From: Octopus bimaculoides
Lineage: Eukaryota
NCBI RefSeq assembly: GCF_001194135.2
Contig: NC_068990.1
Coordinates: 80,463,640-80,508,284 of the forward strand
Length of the DNA stretch: 44,645 nucleotides
Reading direction: 5' to 3'
The notes under the pieces are model-generated. The model saw only the letters and a list, made by a program, of their open reading frames with translations. It had not been told where the DNA came from and searched no databases. Numbering within the stretch: the stretch's first letter is position 1; each line of letters starts with the position of its first letter. Below, piece by piece: positions 1 through 10,200 of this stretch. The translations under genes were made by a program, and so were the position numbers.

Positions 1-52
<52 letters not shown>
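1..52. repeat. (TA)n microsatellite
   Basis: Direct reading; runs off the window start. Confidence 0.95.
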
Positions 53-53
<1 letters not shown>

Positions 54-562
54 TGTGTGTGCATATATTATACACATATATGTATATATATAATATATGG
101 TATGATTATAAACAGGGCAAATTTTAGCTATTTCTCCGCAGTCTGAAATAAATGACAAATAATCTTAACCAATCTTCGAGCCTTATTGGGTTCTCATCAG
201 AGGCATCTACATCATTCTGACAGTCTTCAGAGAAACGACCAACTAAACTGTTTATATACTCAGGAAATGAAGCTGTCGCTCTATGAAGGAGTCCCTAATT
301 TGCATACCGAAAGTGTTTCACACTCAATAAATACCAGCAGCCTGTGCGCATACATATATATTTTGTTCAGTGAAGGTCCCTTTAAAAACGTAGAGTTAAA
401 AAACACAGTATTTTTGAAAGCCAAGCGCAACGAACCGTTCAGGAGGAGAACGAGAATGACTTATTTCGATGCGGTGCTGTTGCACGTCAGCTGGCAGATT
501 TTGTCTAATTTGTACACGCTTCAGACCAGAAATTCGAATTCGTTTCGAGGATGAATAGAATA

Positions 563-615
563 TAAAGTACTGATGACAGAAAAAGAGAAGAATACGAAAT
601 ATCGATATCTCTCGT
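563..615 (+). ncRNA. Degenerate type I hammerhead-like motif
   Basis: CTGATGA 570-576, GAAA 596-599, palindromic ATATCGATAT 599-608 then C (AUC triplet); stems I and II do not pair well. Confidence 0.25.
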
Positions 616-954
616 TTTCGTTCACGTCCGGGCCGTTAGGTTTCGTATAACTTTGAGATATACTGGTTCTTTTTGCGTGTAAGTGTGTGTGTGTGACCAA
701 ACAATGTGCATGTGTATGGTGTATATATGTGGGCGAAAGTTATATAGTGGTATGTGTGGTGACGCCATTGAAGATTGTGTGTGGGTATGTGAATGATGGT
801 TTGTGGTGTGGGTGTTGGGAAGAGGTCAGTACTAGTACTAGAGTGTGTGGAGTGATGTGGGGTGGTATTATCTCTCTTTCTTTCAAACTTTTTTCTAATT
901 TTTCGCCATGCTGGAATGCCAAATCTATAAGTTCTTTTCATTCACTCTCTTATA

Positions 955-992
955 CAATTCTGTTGAAGAGCGTCGGCTCGAAACGTAAAAGA
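955..992 (+). ncRNA. Minimal type I hammerhead-like motif (A6U core variant) in a dispersed repeat
   Basis: CTGTTGA 960-966, stem II GAGC/GCTC with GTCG loop, GAAA 980-983, palindromic ACGT stem III, GUA triplet; homologous to 7127-7163; stem I only 2 bp. Confidence 0.5.
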
Positions 993-1460
993 CTTTTTCA
1001 TTTTCCCGAGCGTCAAACACTTGCTTGTTGTTCATACACCCGTCTTCGTCTTTTGATTCTCTTTAAATTTCAACTATATATATGTGTATGTATACCTGTC
1101 TGTGTGTATATTAGAAGTACAATTTTATAGAGAGAAATTATTTACAGGATCAGTGACTGTTGGTGCATTCTAAAAGCAATGTACGCCTTATTCTTTGGCA
1201 TACTGATTTTGTCTCAGGTTTATATAACGGATACATACAGTTTCGAGGTAGTCAAACAGACACTTTGATTCAATAAGCAAGTGGATGAGCTGATTGAACA
1301 TTAGCATACTCATCGCCGAAACCGAGTGAGATCCATTGACTGATCCTAACATATATATATATATATTAATATATAGCCGTGTGTGAGTGTGTATGTATCT
1401 GTGTAACAAGTATATGTATATGTGTGTGTGTTAGAGTTTGTGTGATTCAAAGAACATATA

Positions 1461-1528
<68 letters not shown>

Positions 1529-2599
1529 GCAGAGATGTCTGGTAGTTAAGTCGCATATGATGTTTTTATGCATGTATGTATATTTGTATACGAGCAACTA
1601 TGTGTATATGTATGCACGCACACACGCGCATGCATTCATATAATTGTATAGCAATGGAAAAGAGAGAGAGAGCGATAAAGAGAGAGAGAGGGGGGAAGGA
1701 GCGAGAGCGAGAGCGAAGAAAGAGAGAAACAGAGAGAGAGAGAGAGAGAGGGGGAGTTAGCTACATAGATTAAATGTGATATATACATGTCCGAGTCGAT
1801 GTACATTCGCAGGAGTATTTATTTACTTAGGCTAATAATAGCTGAGTTTCATTTCCTCGTATAATTCACAATGACCACAAACTACATACCATATCCTGAC
1901 ATGACATTGAGATAATAGTAACCAACATTACAACACTACTGGCCATTACGTCTCTCAGTTTTCATCCTCTTTTTCTTTCTTACGCATTTTCTTTTCGTTG
2001 ACTTTCCTGCATGTTGTTTTCGTTTATTTTATATTCACCCGTGACGCATCATTTTGCTGTTGCACAATCTTCTTTGTATTGTATGATACTGAGTCAATAT
2101 GTTATAAAACACGCACAAATAATAATACTAATACAAAGAATAATGAAAGCAAACAAAGGAAAACTGATTAGTGTAATAATGCATCATGAAGAAATGAAAC
2201 AAAAACTTCTTTGTATAAAACGAAACAATAAAAATACAAACTAGAAGATGATTAAACTGAAGACAGAAAAGGTTTAGATAAGGTACATAGCAACAGGGAA
2301 GTAGAAAAGTTAAGAAGCAACAATAAAACAGAAAATTAGAATAGAATTCTGAAAGATACTAAAGAAACCAAATGGAGAAAAAAGCAATTCCATTGCCAAT
2401 ATTCCATATGATGTGACAGAGAATTACTAAGTCAGCCTGATAGCGAATAAAAACAATTTCTGGACTCAGTGAGGAAAAGGAAGCTCTACACAGGATCAAT
2501 ATGCAAACCTAAAAAGAAATTACCACATTAATGTAATGAAACAAAAGGATATCATCAATTGAGAAGTATGCAATTAGCACAGTATGTACTCTACACATT

Positions 2600-3200
2600 C
2601 ACTACATGTTACTATAACAGAAGTAATGTTCCATCGAAGATGCTCTACATGGTAGAAATAGAAACTCAATCTTCCAGTTGCTGTCTTCTATGATTTTATA
2701 TGTATCTCCGTGACGATGAGGCAACGAGCCTCCTTCTCATGTTCAGGTATACACTCTTGGTGTACACACGATCAAGAGTTACGATAGAACGCCTTTGTAC
2801 GGAGGCAAGACCCTCAATTTTTATTCTGATCTCCATTTGAAAAATCATTAAGCACGAGTGATTTTGTGAATCATGATGCCAGTAAGTGGAGGTTGGGTGT
2901 TGTACGAAATCCCATAAGACGATTCCACTCCGTGTGTTACAATGACGATTAGTTTTTGAACAAGGAAGCATTGCCTAATTACTTGACATGGAATAATTAT
3001 GTTCTTTGAAATGCACATGTTACACTTGTATTCAAATGCCTTAAATGTTTGTCTTTTGGAAGCTACCATTCAGTTGTCTGGTAACTATGATTTGGTTGAC
3101 CTTCGCACAGAAACACTTATTAGTGTTTGTTTAAAGTGCTGGATGAGAGATTTTGGAGAAGGGTCTTGTCTATGATATTCAGGAATACATATCTGCGTTG
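2600..3200 (-). mobile_element. Highly decayed CR1-like LINE RT C-terminal remnant
   Basis: Minus frames give IKIEGLASVQRRSIVT..LNMRRRLVASSSRRYI and YKIIED, resembling CR1 LESVQRRFT..YEERL..SLERRR..YKII; GISYN..IHKITRA resembles DLGI..HI.KI; many stops and frameshifts. Confidence 0.4.
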
Positions 3201-3427
3201 ATGCTTCAATCATACCTGTCAACGATATACTGTTCTATGTATTAATGATTTGTAGGTACGTGGTATTTTGTTATGCAACCATAATATACTATAAAATATA
3301 TTATACGTTATTTGTTAAGGTCATTTCTACAGATATTCTATAGAAATTATAGCTAGCACTGAATTTTGCTCCTACATTTCGTATACGAGACGTCAGATGT
3401 AAACAAACAATGAGATGAAAAATGGGA

Positions 3428-3479
3428 AATGAACTATATGCCATATTTCGGGGATTTTTCCCCTTCATCAGCACCCATC
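3428..3479 (-). ncRNA. Minimal type I hammerhead-like motif (Penelope pLTR type)
   Basis: Minus: CTGATGA (3471-3465), A, GGGGA-AAAA-TCCCC, GAAA (3449-3446), ATATG-G-CATAT stem III, AUA triplet; stem I imperfect. Confidence 0.55.
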
Positions 3480-3979
3480 TAACCCATTAATCATACTCGA
3501 ACACATTGCTCAAATAGCCACCACATATAGCGGTGTAAAGTTATTGGATGATTAATGGTATAATGGTAGTGAAGGTTTAGACACCTGTGGAGTATCTCCT
3601 TCTCCTATTATAATTGATTTGTAGTCTCAAGGAGCTTGAACGGCTCACCGATTTGTGACATCCGTGCGAAAGGAGGTGATGAGAATGGCTCCTTAGTACA
3701 TCACACGGTCGATACATTAAATATAAATAAAACAATGCATATATGTGCCAGACGGAAATATGAGACTCAACCGGGTAGAATGTTTAAGAGACGATTTATT
3801 GATATGTCAACATGTGTGATCGTGTGTGCGTCATATACACAGAATAATAGACACGCCGTCATAAGAATAAGATGTATGCGTGTGTATGTAAGCATAGACG
3901 TATGCATGTTAAGAACATATAAGGATGGCGATGAAGAAGAGACAGTGAAAGAGTGTACCCATCGGAGTGAGGAGTAAGT

Positions 3980-4375
3980 TCATAGACACAAGAATGATAA
4001 ATACCAGTTCGTAGTCAACTGTACACGATTGTTGAAATATTGTATCAAGACGTTGCGGCGATGATGCAGAGCCGGTTTCAGTATATGTCGTACGTGAAGT
4101 TGTCGCTGTGATGCTGCTGCCTGGGTCACTTGGCACAGGCGTTCTCGCAGGTTGTATATTCGGTGTTGATCCATGGTGAAGTAATTCACGAACAGTGCAG
4201 TGTTGTAACCGGTGCGAGTACGTAGAGCGATGTTGACGTTGGGACGAATGGTGGTGGCGGAGATGGAGGCCGCCGTGATGCTGTCGGACGAAGTTGCTGT
4301 TGTGTTGTCGCTGGAACTCGCGTTGTCTTGTGTGGTGAGTGGCCAGATCTTCAAAGGTCTGGAACCGAATGACAT
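3980..4375 (-). CDS. Candidate intronless small ORF (131 aa; or 64 aa from the Kozak ATG at 4174), unknown product
   Basis: CpG/GC-rich island with C-ending codons, TATAAAAAG at 4404-4396, accATGg at 4174, AATAAA at 3800-3795; no recognisable domain. Confidence 0.35.
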   Translation of the reverse strand: MSFGSRPLKIWPLTTQDNASSSDNTTATSSDSITAASISATTIRPNVNIALRTRTGYNTALFVNYFTMDQHRIYNLRERLCQVTQAAASQRQLHVRHILKPALHHRRNVLIQYFNNRVQLTTNWYLSFLCL

Positions 4376-4395
4376 CGAGACGAGGAAAAGTTAGG

Positions 4396-4570
4396 CTTTT
4401 TATAAGGAGTGTAGACTCAGCTAAGGTAGAAAAACAGGCTGTCACACGTGACCTTATTTAAAGGCTGCGATTGGTTGGCTTCCATACTGGCACGTGATAG
4501 AGCAAGAGACAAATTGCGCAAGTACCAACCAATCAGAGTAGTGGACACAACTGGGTCCAAAATGCGGCCA
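4396..4570 (-). promoter_or_regulatory. Pol II promoter-like motif cluster
   Basis: TATA 4404-4396, CACGTG 4445-4450 and 4491-4496, CCAAT boxes 4470-4474 (minus) and 4529-4533 (plus), TTGCGCAA C/EBP-type palindrome 4514-4521. Confidence 0.5.
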
Positions 4571-4659
4571 AAGGCTAGCTATTACCTACTACGTTCGCAT
4601 GTATGTATATATAATAGAGAGGAGAGGAATTTCACTCGAGTGTACGCTACAATGGGATG

Positions 4660-4735
4660 CTTACGTTTCTGCATGCTAACGTTTCTGCCATCTCGCTCGG
4701 CGTGCTAACATGTCCGCCATCTCGACACCTTAATA
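4660..4735 (-). mobile_element. tRNA-derived SINE 5-prime head fragments, partly tandem-duplicated
   Basis: Repeats of GCTAACGTTTCTGCCA match the head of the SINE copies at 26.8 kb and 39.8 kb. Confidence 0.6.
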
Positions 4736-4749
4736 CATGTGTATATGTT

Positions 4750-4867
4750 CTTTCCTAGTCTAGGCACAAGGCCCGAAATTTTGGGGTAAGGAGCCAGTTG
4801 ATTAGATTGAATCCACTACGCAACTTAGTTTAACGACCCCGAAATGATAAAAGTCGACCTCGGTGGT
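4750..4867 (-). mobile_element. tRNA-derived SINE 3-prime part
   Basis: Aligns by eye with 26621-26740 (GATTAGAT..ACGCAACT..CGACCCCGAAA..AAAGTCGACC). Confidence 0.75.
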
Positions 4868-5146
4868 ACATGTTTACATATTACTGTACCATGTATCGAC
4901 TAGACACTTGGATGTTCTTATACATCGTTAGTCACTCCGCGCCTCACATAGTTTTAGCTGTTTCTTTTCGTCTTCACTGTCTATTTAAAATTAAATATTG
5001 CTTTCTTTTCCTGGCTTCAGTTAATTTATTTGCATATATTTCACTCTCGTACGTATTATTTTACAATTTATTTTCCTTTTTAAATATCTTTCTAGAAGCG
5101 AAACGTTAGAAAATAAACGAAGATAACATAAACAGTAGCAATTCTT

Positions 5147-5148
<2 letters not shown>

Positions 5149-5202
<54 letters not shown>

Positions 5203-5348
5203 CCACAGACCCACACACACATACACACGCGCACACACACGCACACACACAAACACACACACACACACACATCTACACACACAATCACACACACATGTAA
5301 ACACCCGTCCACACACGCACGCACACACTTACACGCATATACAGGTGA

Positions 5349-5385
<37 letters not shown>

Positions 5386-5513
5386 TACATAAACACATAC
5401 AGGTGTAAGATTTGGTCATAAATATTATATGTATTTGGAATTGGTGTGTATTCTTACTGATATCAGTCTAGATAATACAATGAATATATACATACATACA
5501 TACATACATACAT

Positions 5514-5587
<74 letters not shown>
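5149..5587. repeat. Compound (CT)n/(CA)n/(TA)n/(TACA)n/(GA)n microsatellites
   Basis: Direct reading. Confidence 0.9.
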
Positions 5588-5588
<1 letters not shown>

Positions 5589-6786
5589 TGTCAATAGTGA
5601 ATAAAATTTACAAGTATAAGCAAAATTTTTTATAAAGTGAGAATAGAGTAATTTTAAACAATCCTTATTTGAAAAGTTTTTACATCCATATAGCAAAATT
5701 ATATATTGCTAACAAAAGACAATAATATATATGAAGACAGTTCTGAATACCTTGTAAAGAAAATAACAAAAGTAATTAACACAAGTAATTTTCCTGCAGA
5801 AAATAGCAGAAATAATCTTCTACACCTGAATTCAAGTTCTTTCCTCTCTACCTATGCATAATAATATTATAAAATCAAATGAAAAATTTATAAATAAAAT
5901 CTGAACACGAAGATGACGTAAGAAGAGGCAATAATATCGTTAATAGAGTAGAAACAACGGATAACTATAAAATTTCAGACCTGTATGAACGCAAGTCAAC
6001 TTTATAAAGTGACGTCTAATAGTGTAACTCTAGCTGTTTAGTATGCAGCATTATCTACATACCTCAATGAATACAGTGTATTATATACACGTTGGAAACA
6101 TAAAATTTTAAAGTCGTTTAAATTTTATAAAAATAATTGTATCCAAGTAACATAGAATATAATAGTCTAGCACAATTTTTCCTGTTGATTCGATGTTTAT
6201 TACATATAGACATAGCTAGCAAGATGTAACTCTACTATATGAATACACAACTTTCTAGATAACTGTAGTACAAAATTATTTTATCCACACTAATATCTGT
6301 ATGCTTGTTTATTATTATTGAATTACATCTGGTCTGTAAGACAGACTGAAAGAAGAAAAAGGTGACCACATCAGGAAAAGAAATATGAACGATGGTCACG
6401 TGTGAGCAACGTGAGAGAGTAAATGAGAAAGAAAGAGAGAGAGAGAGATAGGTAGGAAACGGTGAAGGGGAGAAAAAATAGAGAAAGGATGAGAGAAAAA
6501 ACGAAAGGGAGAGAAAGGGAGAAAAAAGTATTAGAGAAAGGAAGAGAGAGAAAACGAAAGACGAATAGAGAGAACAGTCGAGAGTAGAGTCGCATCAAAA
6601 TTAATTCCATTCCTCCAGCGTTCGCTACCTTACCTCGTCTGGCTTAACGGCCCTCCATGTCTGTATCTATGTACATCTATGTATGTATATATGCATATAT
6701 ATATATGTATATATTTTATTTATATTATTATATGATTGAACGCCACACATTCCTTTCCAAGTAAGTGGATTTATATATATATATAT

Positions 6787-7055
6787 NNNNNNNNNNNNNN
6801 NNNNNNNNNNNNNNNNNNNNNNNNNNNNNNNNNNNNNNNNNNNNNNNNNNNNNNNNNNNNNNNNNNNNNNNNNNNNNNNNNNNNNNNNNNNNNNNNNNNN
6901 NNNNNNNNNNNNNNNNNNNNNNNNNNNNNNNNNNNNNNNNNNNNNNNNNNNNNNNNNNNNNNNNNNNNNNNNNNNNNNNNNNNNNNNNNNNNNNNNNNNN
7001 NNNNNNNNNNNNNNNNNNNNNNNNNNNNNNNNNNNNNNNNNNNNNNNNNNNNNNN
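6787..7055. other. Assembly gap (N run)
   Basis: N run. Confidence 1.
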
Positions 7056-7258
7056 TATTATGATTGACCGTTGACTGAACACTATTCAATTTTTTTTTCT
7101 CCGTGTTTTTCTCCTTGTCTCCGTATTCTTTCTGTTGAAGAGCGTAGCTCGAAACGTCAAAGACTTTCCGTATTCCCGAGCGTCATGCTAATATATACTT
7201 TTGTTATTTACACCACCTGTCCTCGTCTGCTGTTATTATTTGTATATTCTCCCATATA
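7056..7258 (+). mobile_element. Short non-coding dispersed element carrying a hammerhead-like motif
   Basis: Core 7131-7185 homologous to 960-1018; ends in TA-rich microsatellite; left end abuts a gap that itself follows (TA)n. Confidence 0.55.
7127..7163 (+). ncRNA. Minimal type I hammerhead-like motif (A6U core variant)
   Basis: Stem I TCTTT/AAAGA, CTGTTGA 7132-7138, stem II GAGC/GCTC, GAAA 7151-7154, ACGT palindrome, GUC triplet (site after 7158). Confidence 0.6.
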
Positions 7259-10200
7259 TATACATATGTACGTGTGTGTGTGTGTATATAAGATTATATG
7301 CATGTATGTTTGTATGTATATATATACATACACACATATGTACATAATACATACCTACATACACGTATATATCCAATTAACCAGACCAATTTATGTGTCA
7401 GAATCCGCATGAATTTCAAAACACATAAATTTACGAACAAAACCTGTAATTTTATAGAAACCGGAATGTTAACTCACTCACATGTTGCAGCTGTATTCAT
7501 TTAATTTTATCCTTTCATAAATTCTGGAAATCGAATGTCTGAACGTCATGTATGTAGATAGGTATATGAACAGTACGAATATGAATATTGGTATATATTT
7601 TGACTGGCTCCACTTTTTGTTAACATGGGCATGTATTTGCTCAGTTGCCTTGATATATACACATACATATCTTGGCAATACAAAATTATATATAAACAAT
7701 TTTTTTGATTTATGATTGTAGTATTACTCTTTTTTGTTCACACTATTATTTCACGTGTAAAGTAAAATTAATAACCACCTGGTATTTAATTGCTATAAAG
7801 ACATTGTTTTTCTAAGTGTATACACATTTCAACAGTTAACCAGTTAATGGTAAACAAGGACTGAATTATAAATTTCTTCTGATGTTTTGGCGTTTCATCG
7901 TTATGACGCATTCTTCTATGTAACTATTACCGTGTAACATACCAGTATTGTCTAGTGAAACACAATTAAAACTCATGTGACGTTATAATTAAAAATCAAT
8001 TAAGCTGATTCACCTGTTTTATTCTGCTCTTGTAACGGAGGCATGTACATATACATATTAAATATGAATTTGGCTAAATTCACAAACACTTGCACAAAGT
8101 GCGAAAATATGGATAAAAAACGCCAGTTAATATCTAAATATGCTTGTCACCGCAACAGCAATTACACCAACGTGACGCGTTTTCACTTGCCATAAAACTG
8201 AGCATCAGAAAGTACACGACTGGATCAGCTAATCTTCTTTACCTCCATTTAAATTACATAAGATTCTGATATTTTTGATAGCCACTTAACTCCTCTTTGT
8301 GAAACGGTCAGCCTGTTATGTTGAACACAAATTAATCACTCACCACGAATTGCTAAATCATACATAAATTTTTATGGTGAATACATATATGCTGATAGAA
8401 AATTAAGTCCGAACGAGCGGTTCATAAGAGACTACGGAAATAGCCTAAACTTCACGTTAGGTATAAAGAATTCTCGATCGGTCTTCTGGTTGATTGCAGT
8501 CCTTATCGGCATACATGTATACAATTATGCGCTTTCTTACAGCAGTAGAGCATTTTAGCTTTTATTTTTTAGCAATGTAGGTGTCCTTAGTCGCATTTAG
8601 TGAAAATTATATATTTTTTATGGTAGCATATTCCGCACATGGCAGTTTATATTAATATGTACAAGAAGAAAGTACTCCTTCCGAGTGGTTCTCTGCTAGC
8701 CCCTTGATGATATATTCACATTTGATTCCCATTTCTAATAATGTATATATTTTACGTCTAATTATTTCAAAGAAACATCATGGTAGTCCAACAACAAAGG
8801 GAGAAGCAATTTGTCAAGTTTTACCTTTCCCCTCAACGCCAGATAGAAATTTTAATTCACCTGCCCATCTGTAACCTCCGGGTGCTGTTAGAAGCATTAA
8901 CATCAAAGGTGCATACGCTCTCGTCTGATCAGACCACCCATATTTGTGTGATGCTCGCAGTTTTCTTCTAAAAGTTGTTTTCTATACTCATTACTAAATG
9001 AAGTACATTTGTTGTATTTTGATAAAGTTAAGCATTTTGTTCGACGCTCTAACAATTATAAGAATAAGCGGGAGAAATAAAGATTGCCAAGATTATATAG
9101 GCATACATAGTTTTGAATCTATGTGTTTATTTATGGGTATTCCCACAGACACATTCATACATACACACATATAAACAGATGTAATATTGAGGACGTTTAT
9201 AGTATATGACTATGTTATGCATTGAATAAACACTCTCTGATATAGAACTCAGTCAGAAATACCGCACAACGAAACATGTGTAATGTCACCTTTCATAAAA
9301 TATTGTATGTATGCGTATGCATTTATGTGTCTGCCTGTGTATACATATACGTGTAGATGAGTGTGCGGTGTGTGTGTATGTAATACATATACGAATACTT
9401 ACGTAACTGTTGATTAAATTGCTTCTTTTAATGCCAAACATGGCCCCTGTGTTGCACAACATTTAGATTCCTACGCACAAATTTTTTTTATTTTCTTAGA
9501 TAGAAATTTAATATTTTGTTATCTGAGTAGAAAAATATTGTCTTTAAGAACACTTCCTAACTCTCTCTTTCTCTCTGTCACATACAGTCTTGTTCTCCCT
9601 TTTCTCTCACACATTCTGTCTTGTTCTCTCTCTCTCCCTCTCCCTCATTTTCTAGCTCCATCTTTCTCCCTTCACTAAGATACACACAAGAAGCTTATAA
9701 CATCTCAACGTGACAACTTTGTTTCAACGGGTATTGGTTTTTATTTCCTATTCATCTAGTCTGTTATACTGGTTTCTCATATTGTTTATTTTATATTATT
9801 GTTAAACCACCATTTGAACAAAGTGTGATATGTGCAAGTAGATTTTGTTATTCTAATAACTGAAGATGCGATAATGATTTGTGTGGAATAGGCAGAAAGC
9901 CAACTTTGAAAATGTGACGCGGGTATAGTTGCTTGATGTGGTTCAATTGTTTGATTAAGAGTTACTGCGGTAATCTCTGTGTGGTTATTCGGTCCACTCG
10001 AAATAGCTGATAAAATTCACTCAAATCACACTCTACAATCTTTAAATAAAAGGAGGCATGACACAATGAGTATTATAGTCCTCAATATACTACTCCCAAA
10101 CGAAGAGGAGACTAGCACTACAAGATCACATTTGATCGTAGGTGTCCTTGAGTATAAGTGGCTTACTGCTACATACCAACAACAACAGCTATAACAAAAG

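Noticed and set aside
186-554. 122-aa ORF
   Set aside because: No domain signature; overlaps an antisense hammerhead relic; consistent with a chance ORF
2848-3069. Possible GIY-YIG reading (YKCNMC, KTNRHCNTR)
   Set aside because: Flanking SVQRR and RRR..RRY motifs fit a CR1-like RT C-terminus better
3634-3712. Nested hairpins (GAGC/GCTC, CCGTG/CACGG, AAGGAG/CTCCTT) with GAAA and GTGATGA
   Set aside because: Elements are not in hammerhead order and pairing is too short for a miRNA precursor
4078-4174. SERTA-like resemblance (RRNVLI) in the small ORF
   Set aside because: Spacing does not fit the SERTA motif; too weak to name
6667-7089. Long ORFs crossing N gaps (also 25.2-26.1, 26.8-27.5, 31.0-31.8 and 40.7-41.3 kb)
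   Set aside because: Artefacts of translating N runs and microsatellites
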